NCBI GenBank assembly: GCA_036336835.1
Contig: JAYZFK010000035.1
Coordinates: 1-56,539, forward strand
Direction of reading: 5' to 3'
Source: Myxococcota bacterium
GTDB lineage: Bacteria > Myxococcota_A > UBA9160 > UBA4427
DNA: 56,539 nt
Below the pieces are notes generated by a model. The model searched no databases and was not told the origin of the DNA. It saw only the letters and a program-made list of their open reading frames with translations. The position numbers and the translations under genes were made by a program. Every line of letters begins with the position of its first letter. The first letter of the stretch is position 1. Below are positions 17,662 to 26,477 of this stretch, in pieces.

Positions 17662-18663
17662 TCAGCGCAACGTGCGCTGGCGGAGCAGCTGCAGGATCAG
17701 CGGCCAGCCGAACACCAGCGGGTAGCGCCTCTGGCGGTCGGTCAGCTCCAGGCGCACGCTGCCGTGGCGCTCGAGCTTCCACAGCACATAGGGCAGCCAG
17801 TCGCCAAACGTGGTGGCGGTCTTGAACAGTCGGAGCAGCGACAGGGCCTTGGCCAGCGGCCAGGCGAGTCGCCAGCGCAGCCGTGAGGCGAGTCGTCGCG
17901 GCGGCGACCCAGAGACTTCGGCAGCCGAGACGAACGTCGCAAACGAGTCGATCTGGTGCTGTTCGCGCAATACGTCGAGCGCAAGCCGCGTCGCGCGCTC
18001 GTAGCGGGCCGGGTTGGCCTGGTAGAGCGAGCGGATCGAGTCGGCCGACTCACTGCGGAACTCGGTGCGATACGTGCGGCGAAACGCCTCCTGCCACAGC
18101 GCTGCGAACGAGAAGCGCTGGATCTTGCCGCGCGCGGGTAGAAAGGGCCCCAGACGTTCGATCAGCGTGCAGATGGCGCGCGCCCCGCAGCGCTCGACGG
18201 TCTCGCGCGCCGCGTCGTCGCGGGCCCACACCAGCAGCGCCGGCTGCGCAAAGCGCGCCCAGATGTAGGGATGCAGGGCCGCCGGGCCGACCAGGGTCTC
18301 GAAGTCTCGCGTCGAGACCACCCCGTACTTGCAGCGCACCAGGCTCGGGGGCCGCTCCGCGCCGAGCATGGCTGGGGCCTCGAGATAGAACACGTTGGGA
18401 GGGAGCAGCGCATTCGCGCCCGCGAGCCAGCCGGGCCCGCCGTAGCTGGTGCGATAGGAGTCGACCAGCACGTAGAAGTCGAGGACGCCCTCGTCGGTGT
18501 GCTTGCGCAGGCAGGAGCCGTAGAAGACGATCGCCGCTACGGAGTCGGGGTGGCGCTCGCGGATCGCTGCGGCGAGCGCCAGGGCGGCAGCGGGCGCAGG
18601 TGTGGCCAGCTCGTCGGCGACCAGATCCTGCAGTGCTCGAAACGAGGGATCGGGCGCGGCCAC
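17662..18663 (-). CDS. Tam41/Mmp37-like nucleotidyltransferase (CpgC-like putative cytidylyltransferase)
   Basis: FYGSCLR...VLDFYVLVD (GS + DxxxxxD nucleotidyltransferase core), LLPPNVFY, KYGVVS, WARFAQP. Lies 3 bp downstream of the kinase gene. Confidence 0.75.
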   Translation of the reverse strand: MAAPDPSFRALQDLVADELATPAPAAALALAAAIRERHPDSVAAIVFYGSCLRKHTDEGVLDFYVLVDSYRTSYGGPGWLAGANALLPPNVFYLEAPAMLGAERPPSLVRCKYGVVSTRDFETLVGPAALHPYIWARFAQPALLVWARDDAARETVERCGARAICTLIERLGPFLPARGKIQRFSFAALWQEAFRRTYRTEFRSESADSIRSLYQANPARYERATRLALDVLREQHQIDSFATFVSAAEVSGSPPRRLASRLRWRLAWPLAKALSLLRLFKTATTFGDWLPYVLWKLERHGSVRLELTDRQRRYPLVFGWPLILQLLRQRTLR

Positions 18664-18666
18664 CGC

Positions 18667-19620
18667 TCAGACGCGAACGAAGCGGACGTTGTTCTCGGCG
18701 GTGATCGACATCGTGCGCCCGGGGGCCGGCTCGGACTGCTCACCGTCGATGGTGAAGCCGCAGTCGAAGCGCAGCTCCGCCCGTTTGCAGTTGCGGCTGA
18801 GATAGCCGTTCTCTTCGCGCACGTGTCGGTTGGGGCGTCCCGCGAGGATCCCCGGCAGTGTGCGGACGAGGTGGGTCGCATCCGCCGCGAGCGCCGTGAA
18901 TCGCACTCCACCCGGCCCCGTGCCCCAGAATGGCCGCAGCCGCGAGAACAGGCGCGGCAGTGTCGACGCCATGAAGACCGTGAACTCGCCCGGGGCGACC
19001 AGCTGGCCGTCGAGCATGATCTGCGCCTTGTCGGGTGCCAGGATCCCGTCGCCGCGCGACAAGGGCAGCCTCGCCAGCAGGCCGCCGGCGACCACGGTCG
19101 AGCCAAAGACCCCGCGGGCTCGGCCCTGTGGAAAGCTCGAGTGGACGACCTCGATGCCGCGATGAATCACCCCACCGCCGAAGAACATGCCGCAGCGCAC
19201 TTCGTCGCCGTACTCGCAGCGCAGGACGTCGCGGCGCTGTGTGCGCTCTTCGATGCGGTCGTGACGAACTGCGGTGATCAGCGCTTCGAGGCTGCGTACC
19301 GGGTTGCGGCCGCAGCCGAGGTCGAGGGCAGTCATGTTCGTGCGGCCGCCCCGCAGCACTGCGATCCGCGGAACGCGGTCGTCGAACACCCGATGTTCGA
19401 GGATCTCGGTCAGCGTGTAGGCGAGCGTGCCGTCGCCACCGTTGACGACCAGCAGGTCGACCTCCTGGCGCGACAGATCGGACAGCGCCTCGGGCACGGC
19501 GCCGGCACTGTCGGTCTCGACGTGCAGCACGTCGGGGTATTCACGGAGCAGCTGCAGCAGGCGCCAGACCTGATCCTTGTTGCTGCCCGCCTGTAGATTG
19601 TTCAGCAGACCGATGCGCAA
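18667..19620 (-). CDS. Diacylglycerol/sphingosine kinase family lipid kinase (CpgB-like ceramide kinase candidate)
   Basis: LLNN..AG, NGGDGT, GGRTNMTALDLG and FTIDGE motifs. TTG start after GAGGAG. Confidence 0.9.
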   Translation of the reverse strand: MRIGLLNNLQAGSNKDQVWRLLQLLREYPDVLHVETDSAGAVPEALSDLSRQEVDLLVVNGGDGTLAYTLTEILEHRVFDDRVPRIAVLRGGRTNMTALDLGCGRNPVRSLEALITAVRHDRIEERTQRRDVLRCEYGDEVRCGMFFGGGVIHRGIEVVHSSFPQGRARGVFGSTVVAGGLLARLPLSRGDGILAPDKAQIMLDGQLVAPGEFTVFMASTLPRLFSRLRPFWGTGPGGVRFTALAADATHLVRTLPGILAGRPNRHVREENGYLSRNCKRAELRFDCGFTIDGEQSEPAPGRTMSITAENNVRFVRV

Positions 19621-19825
19621 GCGCGTGCTCCTCGCGAGTGGTGCCCGAGCCGAGATCGTGAGCGGGTCGCGTCGCGCCCCGCTAGCAGTCCATCGGTCGG
19701 CAGCGTGCGAAGGTGTCGGTGAAAGCGGCGGCTGCCTGCCTCCGCCCTGTTGCTAGAGGGCACCCTCCAGAACCCGGCGGCAGCGTATCGCCGATCGTCC
19801 GGTGCGCCCACCTCCGATGGCGATC

Positions 19826-19878
19826 AAATGGGTTTAAAACACTACGTTTTTGATGATGATTTTGTGATGTTGCTCATA
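19826..19878. promoter_or_regulatory. AT-rich divergent promoter/operator segment
   Basis: 16 of 53 bases are G+C (30%). AAAAC-N5-GTTTT palindrome at 19836-19850 and TGAT repeats. Lies between the divergent kinase and phosphoesterase genes. Confidence 0.5.
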
Positions 19879-20001
19879 GCGCCAACCGCCGGTCGGCGCC
19901 CCCCGGGGCCCGCGGTGAGCCGATTGCGGGATGGCCGCGATCGCCGCAGGTTCGGTTGCGTGGCGAACATCTCCGGCGTGGCTGGGATAGCCTCGCCGCG
20001 C

Positions 20002-20943
20002 GTGTTCACCCTGGCTCACGTCTCCGATTGGCATGCGACGACCCTCGTCGGTGCGCCCGCGGGCGCGCTCGCGACCAAGCGCTTCTGGGGCTGGCAATCC
20101 TGGCACCGCAGTCGTCGCAAGCGTCACCTGCCGCAGGTGCTGGCGTGCATCCTCGACGACCTGCGCGAGCAGCGACCGGACCACGTGGTCGTCACCGGTG
20201 ATCTCACCAACATCGCGCTCGAGCAGGAGTTTCTCGAGGCGGCAGAGACGTTGCGGCGGCTCGGTGAGCCCGACTGGGTGACCGTCGTCCCGGGCAACCA
20301 CGACGCCTACGTCGGTGTCCCTCCAGAACGCGGCTGGGACTGCTGGGCACCCTATCTGTGCTCAGACGGCAGCGAGCCCGTGCGCGCCCCAACGCGCGAC
20401 GAATACCCGACCCTGCGGTTGCGCGCGCACGCCGCCATCATCGGGCTGTGCTCGGCGTTGCCGACTCCGCTGTTCATGGCGACGGGCGAGCTCGGCGCGG
20501 GCCAGCTCGAGCGGCTCGAGCGCATGCTGGTCGAGCAGCGCCAACGTGTGCGCGTCGTGGCGCTCCATCATCCGCCGACCGACCGCGAGATGCCCCGCCG
20601 CCGTCGGCTTCGCGACTGGCGCGCGCTGCAGGCAGTGCTCGAGCGAGCCGGCGCAGAGCTGGTCATCCACGGACATCGCCACCGCAGCTGGTTCGGCGGC
20701 GTGCCGGGCCCCGATGGCCCGATCCCGGCTGCGGGCGTGCGCTCGGCTTCCGACATCGGCAAGCGCGAGGGGCGTCGCGCGCAGTACCACCTCTACCATT
20801 TCGCGCCGGGCGACCCGGTGCGGCTCGAGGTCCGCGGCTACGACCGCGGGCGCGAGGCCGTTGTGAAGGAGCACGAGCAGGTGCTGGAAGGGACGTCAGG
20901 GCTGCGCGGCTCGTTGCGCCAGGATCCGCTCGGCGAGCTCTAG
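20002..20943 (+). CDS. Calcineurin-like metallophosphoesterase
   Basis: HVSDWH, VTGDLTN, PGNHD, LHHPP and HGHRH motifs. Confidence 0.92.
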   Translation: MFTLAHVSDWHATTLVGAPAGALATKRFWGWQSWHRSRRKRHLPQVLACILDDLREQRPDHVVVTGDLTNIALEQEFLEAAETLRRLGEPDWVTVVPGNHDAYVGVPPERGWDCWAPYLCSDGSEPVRAPTRDEYPTLRLRAHAAIIGLCSALPTPLFMATGELGAGQLERLERMLVEQRQRVRVVALHHPPTDREMPRRRRLRDWRALQAVLERAGAELVIHGHRHRSWFGGVPGPDGPIPAAGVRSASDIGKREGRRAQYHLYHFAPGDPVRLEVRGYDRGREAVVKEHEQVLEGTSGLRGSLRQDPLGEL

Positions 20944-21675
20944 GTCCGCGGGCTTGTCGATATCGATCGCGGCCCGCGCGAACGGCAGGTCGACCGGCTG
21001 CGCGCGGGCGCCGATCACCCTGGACGCGCGGCCGAAGGCGCCTTCGAGGCTGAGCAGCCGTAAGGCGAAGAGCCCCAGCGTCAGGGGCCCGAAGGCCGAC
21101 ACCAGCCGCCAGGGATGCTTGCGCTCGGCCTCGACGCGTCGCCAGAACTCGACGGCGCGGCGCGCTTCGGGAGTGTGCAGGGCGAACAAGTTCGCTCCCG
21201 AGACGCCCCCGCCACGCAGGCGCAGGTAGGTGCGCTGGGCATCCGGAAAGGCGGCGCGCAGTGCCTGCTCGCGCACCAAACCGACGGCGATGTCCGCCCC
21301 CGGCGCGTCGGCCGCTTCGAGGAAGTAGTCGAGGATTTCGTGGTCGAGCAGCGCGTGGTCGGCCGTCGTCAGCAGGACCGGCCGCGCAGCCGCTGCCAGG
21401 GCCGGAGTTTCGAGTGCCCGGAGAACGCTCTCGCTCGGCGAGTCGGCGGCCCGCAGGATGGTGGCGTCGCCCGCGTCGAGCAGCTCGGGGCGGTCGATAC
21501 TGATGTGGATCGACCCGATGCGCGGGTGGCCTCGCAGGGTTGCGAGCACGCGCTCGAGCATTGGCTTGCCGCCAACCGGGATCAGCGCGCGGTGCTCGAC
21601 GTGGCTCGCGGCGGCGAACGGATCCTCGCCGGGGCGCCGGCCCGCGAGCACGATCGCGTCGTAGGACCCGCTCAC
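20896..21675 (-). CDS. MobA-like NTP transferase/nucleotidyltransferase (CpgD-like)
   Basis: AIVLAG..GEDP...RALIPVGGKPML, TTADHALL, SGANLF, FWRRVEAERKHPW and IDIDKPADL motifs. Overlaps the convergent phosphoesterase gene by 48 bp. Confidence 0.88.
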   Translation of the reverse strand: MSGSYDAIVLAGRRPGEDPFAAASHVEHRALIPVGGKPMLERVLATLRGHPRIGSIHISIDRPELLDAGDATILRAADSPSESVLRALETPALAAAARPVLLTTADHALLDHEILDYFLEAADAPGADIAVGLVREQALRAAFPDAQRTYLRLRGGGVSGANLFALHTPEARRAVEFWRRVEAERKHPWRLVSAFGPLTLGLFALRLLSLEGAFGRASRVIGARAQPVDLPFARAAIDIDKPADLELAERILAQRAAQP

Positions 21676-21778
21676 AGCGTCAGTGGTACCGCAGGCGATC
21701 CCCTGTCGCCTGGGAGTGCCGGACTCGTTCGGTGGGCTCCAGCACCCTGGGGGTCGCCCGCTCCGGTAGCATCGGACG

Positions 21779-22945
21779 ATGCGGATCCTGTGGGCGTCGG
21801 TGGTCGTGGCAGCAGTGACCGGGGTCGCGGTGCTGTGGTGGCTACCCGTCGAGGTCGATCGGCGCCTGAACACCGTCGACCACAGGTCCCTGTCGCCCCC
21901 CAGTCCGCAGGCCCGCGCGCTCTACCAGCGGCTGCACGTCGTCGATCTGCACAACGATCTGCTGCTCTGGGACCGCGATCCGCTGGCTCGAGGAAGCTTC
22001 GGGCACACGGACCTCCCGCGGCTGCTCGACGGGCGCGTTGGGCTCCAGGTGTTCGCGGCGACGACCAAGGTGCCGGCCGGGCAGAACTTCGAGCGCAACA
22101 GCTCGCGAGCGTTCGACATGATCACGCTGCTGACGGTCGTCCAGCGCTGGCCACCCGCGACCTGGTGGAGTCTGCGCGCGCGAGCGCTCTACATCGCCGC
22201 TCGGTTGACGGGCGCCAGCGAGGCTTCCCAGGGCCGGCTGCAGCCGATTCGCGGCACGGGGGACCTCGCGGAGCTCGTCGCCCGGCTCGATCGCGGAGAG
22301 CGGGTGGTCGGCGGGCTGCTGGCGGCCGAGGGCATGCACCCGCTCGAAGGGGACCTTGCGAACCTGGACGCGTTGTTCGCGGCAGGCTACCGGATGGCCG
22401 CGCCGACCCACTTCTTCGACAACGACATCGCCGGCTCGGCGCACGGCGAGCAACGGGGCGGCTTGAGCGAGCTCGGTGCCCGGGCGATCGAGCGGATGCA
22501 GCGGCTCGGCATTGTGATCGATGTCGCCCACGCATCTCCCGCAACCGTGCGCGACGTCCTCGCGTTGGCGCGTGTGCCGATCGTGGTCTCGCACGTGGGC
22601 GTCCAGGCAACCTGTCCCGGCCCGCGGAACCTGTCGGACGCCCAGATCGATGCGATTGCGGCCAATGGGGGTCTGATCGGGATCTCCTTCTTCGCTGGCG
22701 CAGTCTGTGACATCTCTCCCGAAGGGATTGCGCGCGCCGCTCGCTACGTGGCGGATCGAGTCGGCCCCGAACACGTGGCCCTGGGCTCGGACTGGGACGG
22801 CTCCACCCGGGTGGTCGTGGACCCGCCCCGACTGGTGCATCTGACGGATGCGCTGCTGCGCGCCGGCTTTCGCGAGGACGAGGTCGTCGACGTCATGGGT
22901 GGGAATGCCCTGCGCGTCCTCGCAGCAATCCTGCCGCGGTCGTAG
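21779..22945 (+). CDS. Membrane dipeptidase (peptidase M19) with N-terminal anchor
   Basis: VDLHND, AEGMH, IDVAH, VSH, RNLSD and ALGSDWDG motifs. Confidence 0.93.
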   Translation: MRILWASVVVAAVTGVAVLWWLPVEVDRRLNTVDHRSLSPPSPQARALYQRLHVVDLHNDLLLWDRDPLARGSFGHTDLPRLLDGRVGLQVFAATTKVPAGQNFERNSSRAFDMITLLTVVQRWPPATWWSLRARALYIAARLTGASEASQGRLQPIRGTGDLAELVARLDRGERVVGGLLAAEGMHPLEGDLANLDALFAAGYRMAAPTHFFDNDIAGSAHGEQRGGLSELGARAIERMQRLGIVIDVAHASPATVRDVLALARVPIVVSHVGVQATCPGPRNLSDAQIDAIAANGGLIGISFFAGAVCDISPEGIARAARYVADRVGPEHVALGSDWDGSTRVVVDPPRLVHLTDALLRAGFREDEVVDVMGGNALRVLAAILPRS

Positions 22946-22977
22946 CCCGCGCGCCGCGAGATCGGGGAGATCACGCA

Positions 22978-23775
22978 GTGGAGCATCGTTTCAAAGCGCG
23001 GTCTCGAACCAGCGACGCCGCTACCCGAGACGAAATCCTCTACTTCGAGCGCATGGGCTTTGCGACCTGGCCCGCCCTCGAGGTCGAGTCGTTCGAGGGG
23101 TGGGAGCTGCGCTTCGCCGACGGCTTCACCGGGCGCTCGAACTCGGTGCAGGCGCTCGAGAGCGCGCCGGGGGGGCCTGCCCAGCTGATTGCGCGTATCG
23201 CGCACTGTGAGCGGCGCTACCGCGAGCGCGGATTGTCGCCGCGCTTCAAGCTGACCGCTGCGGTTCGGCCGGAGGAGCTCGAGCAGCTGCTCGCCGAGCG
23301 AGGCTATCTGCGCCTGTCTCCGACGCGCGTCCAGGCGATCGAGCTGGGCGACACGCCGTGCCCGCCCGATCCGAGGGTGTGCCTCGAGACCCGCCTCGAT
23401 CCCGCCTGGATCGAAGCGACGACGCGTCTGAACCGCCTGACGCGAGCCGCCGTCTCCACCTGGCGCGCGATCGTGGAGCGGATCGAGCGACCGCTGTTTG
23501 CGTCGATCGGGATCGGGGCCGGGACCGAGGCCGTCGGTCTCGGGGCGCTTCAGCAGGACTGGTTGTTCTTGGGCGCGATCGCGACGGCCCAGTCAGCGCG
23601 GGGCCGCGGCAACGCAACGGCGCTGGTCAGAGCGCTGCTGGCCGGTGCGCAGCAGTCTGGCGCGCGGGGTGGCTGGCTCCAGGTGACCGAGGACAACCGG
23701 GCGGGTCTCGCGCTCTACGCGCGTCTCGGCTTCCAAGACGTGTACGGCTACTGGTACCGCGCGCTCGCGCCCTGA
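22978..23775 (+). CDS. GNAT family N-acetyltransferase
   Basis: WPA....GWELRFADGFTGRSNSV, ARGRG, LQVTEDN..GLALYARLGF...YGYWYR. Confidence 0.9.
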   Translation: MEHRFKARSRTSDAATRDEILYFERMGFATWPALEVESFEGWELRFADGFTGRSNSVQALESAPGGPAQLIARIAHCERRYRERGLSPRFKLTAAVRPEELEQLLAERGYLRLSPTRVQAIELGDTPCPPDPRVCLETRLDPAWIEATTRLNRLTRAAVSTWRAIVERIERPLFASIGIGAGTEAVGLGALQQDWLFLGAIATAQSARGRGNATALVRALLAGAQQSGARGGWLQVTEDNRAGLALYARLGFQDVYGYWYRALAP

Positions 23776-23789
23776 CCGCTGACGGTGAA

Positions 23790-26447
23790 TCACGGCAGGC
23801 TCTGAATGGCGGGGCTAGCGATCAGGCCGGGCGGTTGCCAGTTCCCGTCGTCATCGGCGTCGACGAAGATCGCGTTGGTGTACGCGAGCGGTGCGAAATC
23901 GGGAAGCAGGGCCGCATAGACTTCGCCCGGCTCTCCCTCGACCTCGACGCTGACGAAGGCATCGCGCTCGAAGGTGAGATCGATCTCGGTCACCCCGTCC
24001 TCGACCGGCGCGCCCTCGTGTGCGAGCTCGCCGTTGACGAACACCCGCAGCTGCGAGACCGGGATCCAGGGTGCCGTGCGCACCGAGACGAGCAGTCGTC
24101 CCCGCCCGTTGCGGACCGGGGATGCGAAGCGAGCCTCGAGGATCGGACCGGTGGTGACGAACGAGGCGCCGGCCTTCAGGCTGGCGACGAACTCGGCTTC
24201 GTCGAAGGCGACCGGCCGATCGTCGACCATCCGCACGTAGTTGCGTGGCACTGCCGGGACTCGATAGAGACTGTGGGTGTCACTGTTGCCAGTGGCCGTC
24301 GGCCGCTCGCCCTGCCGCAGCAGTGCAAACCAGTCGGTGCGCAGGCTGCGATAGCGCGACATCGACGGACCGTTCAAGAGCTCCATGGCGTCGAAGTCGA
24401 GGTCGCGCAGGCCGTTCACCGGGTCGATCTCGATCAGCGATCGGTTGGTGGGGTCGTCGAGTGGCCGCATCGGATCGAAGCTCTTGCCGACCGACAGATG
24501 GCTGAAGAATGCGCCCTCGCCTGCGATCGCGCTGGTCTCGGGCTCGCGCGCATGGTTGAGCTGGAAGAGACGTTCTCCCGGGATCGCGCGGGCGGCGGCG
24601 ATCAACTCGCGCAATCGACGCCCTTCCGAACGGATGGCGCCCTTGCGGTGAGCCAGCGGGCGGTAGGGGAGGGGAAAGACATTGGCGTGCCCGGCCGTGA
24701 ACGGAGCGGCGTCCGTCGCCACGGTGCTCGTGATCTCGAGCCCCACGATGCTCCGAACGCGAGAGTGGAGCCCCAGCGAGTCGATCAGCGGCCCGTAGTC
24801 GCTGATGTGATCGTGATCGGTCGAGACGATGACCTCGCCACCCTCGGCGACGAAGCTCGCGAGTCGGACCCGCATCGGCACGGACGAGTCGTCGCTGGGC
24901 TCGGCGTGGACATGGAGATCGGCGGAGATCCAGCCCGGGGTCTCGAGTGCGCGGAGGGGGGGCTCGATCACGAGCGCGGTGGTCTCGCCGGCCGCGACCT
25001 CGAACTCGCTCGAGCTGACGCCGAACTCGGGCCCGCGCGTGGCGTAGACGCGATAGCGGCCCGGGGCGAGCGACACCTGTTCGGGATCCTCGGGAAAGCC
25101 AGCGAGGTGGACGTCGGAGCTCGCCATTTGTGGCCGCTGCAGCGCGCCGTTCACTCGCATGTCGGTGTGGTCGTCCCGGAACACGGGATCGGGCGTGTCG
25201 CCCAAGCCGCGGAAGGCGAGCCGCGCGGGTGCGAGGTCGGACGGCAGCGTCACTCGCGCCGTGGCCGGCAGCGCGAGCACGCCGAGGTCGAGATCGGCGT
25301 CGAAGACCTCGAAGGGACGCGTCAGGCGGCGCCCGCCGTCGCCGTACACGCGCGCCTCGAAGCGCCCGGCCGGAACGCGCAGCGCGAAGGCGCCCGTCGC
25401 ATCGGGAGCCGCGAAGCCCACGGCCGAGCCGTTCGGCCGCACGATGTGGACGCGCGCGTTCCGGTCGCGCGTGATCCCGCGGACGATCGCGGCCTGCGGG
25501 TAAGACCGGTCGGTGAAGGCCACCGCGTCGCTGCGGGGTGAAACCTGGATCTCGCGCTCGAACACGAGTGCGTCGCCGACTGCGAGATCCATGATCAGCG
25601 TCTGGGCCAGCTGCAGCAGACCGACGCGGTCGTTGCCACCGATCCAGACAGGCCGCGCCAGCACACCGAGGAAGCTGATGGACTCGGTCGTGAGACCGAA
25701 GGTCGGGACGCGTCGAGGCTCCTCGCCGCGTCGCTCGAATCGCGCGTCGCGGATCCGCAGCGCGTAGCTGATCGGCTGCTCCGCGTCCTGTGATCCGATC
25801 AGAACGATGGTTTCGATCGGCACGATCGAGCGCACCAGGTCGCGGATGGTGGCGTCGTCGGTCGCCCGGTGATGGAAGCCTTCCGAGTTGCCCTCGCGCG
25901 TGAGCGTGTAGGGGCGCAACGTCCCGTTCTCGTGGATCGAGACGTCTCCGAACGCGAAGAGACGCTCGCCGTCGGTGCGGCGCTCGAGCCGCGACGTGAT
26001 GCGCAGGACTTCGGGCCGCTCCCGGTCCAGCGTGTAGTGCGTCGTGATCGCGACGCCGTCGCGCTCGCCGTGCACGATGACGCGTGCTTCGCGCGCATCG
26101 TTCCGGGCTTCGATGCCGGTCCAACGAGGAGCAACCGTGCGCGACAGGTTGCCCAGGCTCTCGAGGACCACCAGCTGGTCGTCGCGGCGGCCGCAGTAGC
26201 CGAGGTCGACCAGGGAGCCGCCCGTCTGCAGCACGGAGCCTTCGTGCTCCGGGTCGGCGACCACGGCGCACAGCGTGCCGTTCGACAGCGCCCAGTCACC
26301 GACGCCGCCGACGGCGTCGGGCCCGCCGACCAGACGCTCGTGCGCGTTGTCGAGGTCGACGCGGCCGGCGAAGGGCTCGTCGGTTTCGGCCGAGGCGGCG
26401 ACCGAGATCAGGAGCGCCGCAGCTGCCGCACGGACGAATCGGGTCAT
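23790..26447 (-). CDS. Secreted PHP-domain metallohydrolase (CehA/McbA-like)
   Basis: Signal peptide; GGPDAVGGVGD; PHP motifs DLHVH..SDDS, STDHD, GLE, GHAN, QLNH, GNSDTH; YTNAIFVD. Confidence 0.85.
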   Translation of the reverse strand: MTRFVRAAAAALLISVAASAETDEPFAGRVDLDNAHERLVGGPDAVGGVGDWALSNGTLCAVVADPEHEGSVLQTGGSLVDLGYCGRRDDQLVVLESLGNLSRTVAPRWTGIEARNDAREARVIVHGERDGVAITTHYTLDRERPEVLRITSRLERRTDGERLFAFGDVSIHENGTLRPYTLTREGNSEGFHHRATDDATIRDLVRSIVPIETIVLIGSQDAEQPISYALRIRDARFERRGEEPRRVPTFGLTTESISFLGVLARPVWIGGNDRVGLLQLAQTLIMDLAVGDALVFEREIQVSPRSDAVAFTDRSYPQAAIVRGITRDRNARVHIVRPNGSAVGFAAPDATGAFALRVPAGRFEARVYGDGGRRLTRPFEVFDADLDLGVLALPATARVTLPSDLAPARLAFRGLGDTPDPVFRDDHTDMRVNGALQRPQMASSDVHLAGFPEDPEQVSLAPGRYRVYATRGPEFGVSSSEFEVAAGETTALVIEPPLRALETPGWISADLHVHAEPSDDSSVPMRVRLASFVAEGGEVIVSTDHDHISDYGPLIDSLGLHSRVRSIVGLEITSTVATDAAPFTAGHANVFPLPYRPLAHRKGAIRSEGRRLRELIAAARAIPGERLFQLNHAREPETSAIAGEGAFFSHLSVGKSFDPMRPLDDPTNRSLIEIDPVNGLRDLDFDAMELLNGPSMSRYRSLRTDWFALLRQGERPTATGNSDTHSLYRVPAVPRNYVRMVDDRPVAFDEAEFVASLKAGASFVTTGPILEARFASPVRNGRGRLLVSVRTAPWIPVSQLRVFVNGELAHEGAPVEDGVTEIDLTFERDAFVSVEVEGEPGEVYAALLPDFAPLAYTNAIFVDADDDGNWQPPGLIASPAIQSLP

Positions 26448-26477
26448 CGCCGGAGCATAGGCGGGTATTCTGGCGGG

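Noticed and set aside
19851..19870. Fur-box-like GATGATGAT repeats
   Set aside because: Only about half the positions match GATAATGATAATCATTATC, too weak to name a regulator.
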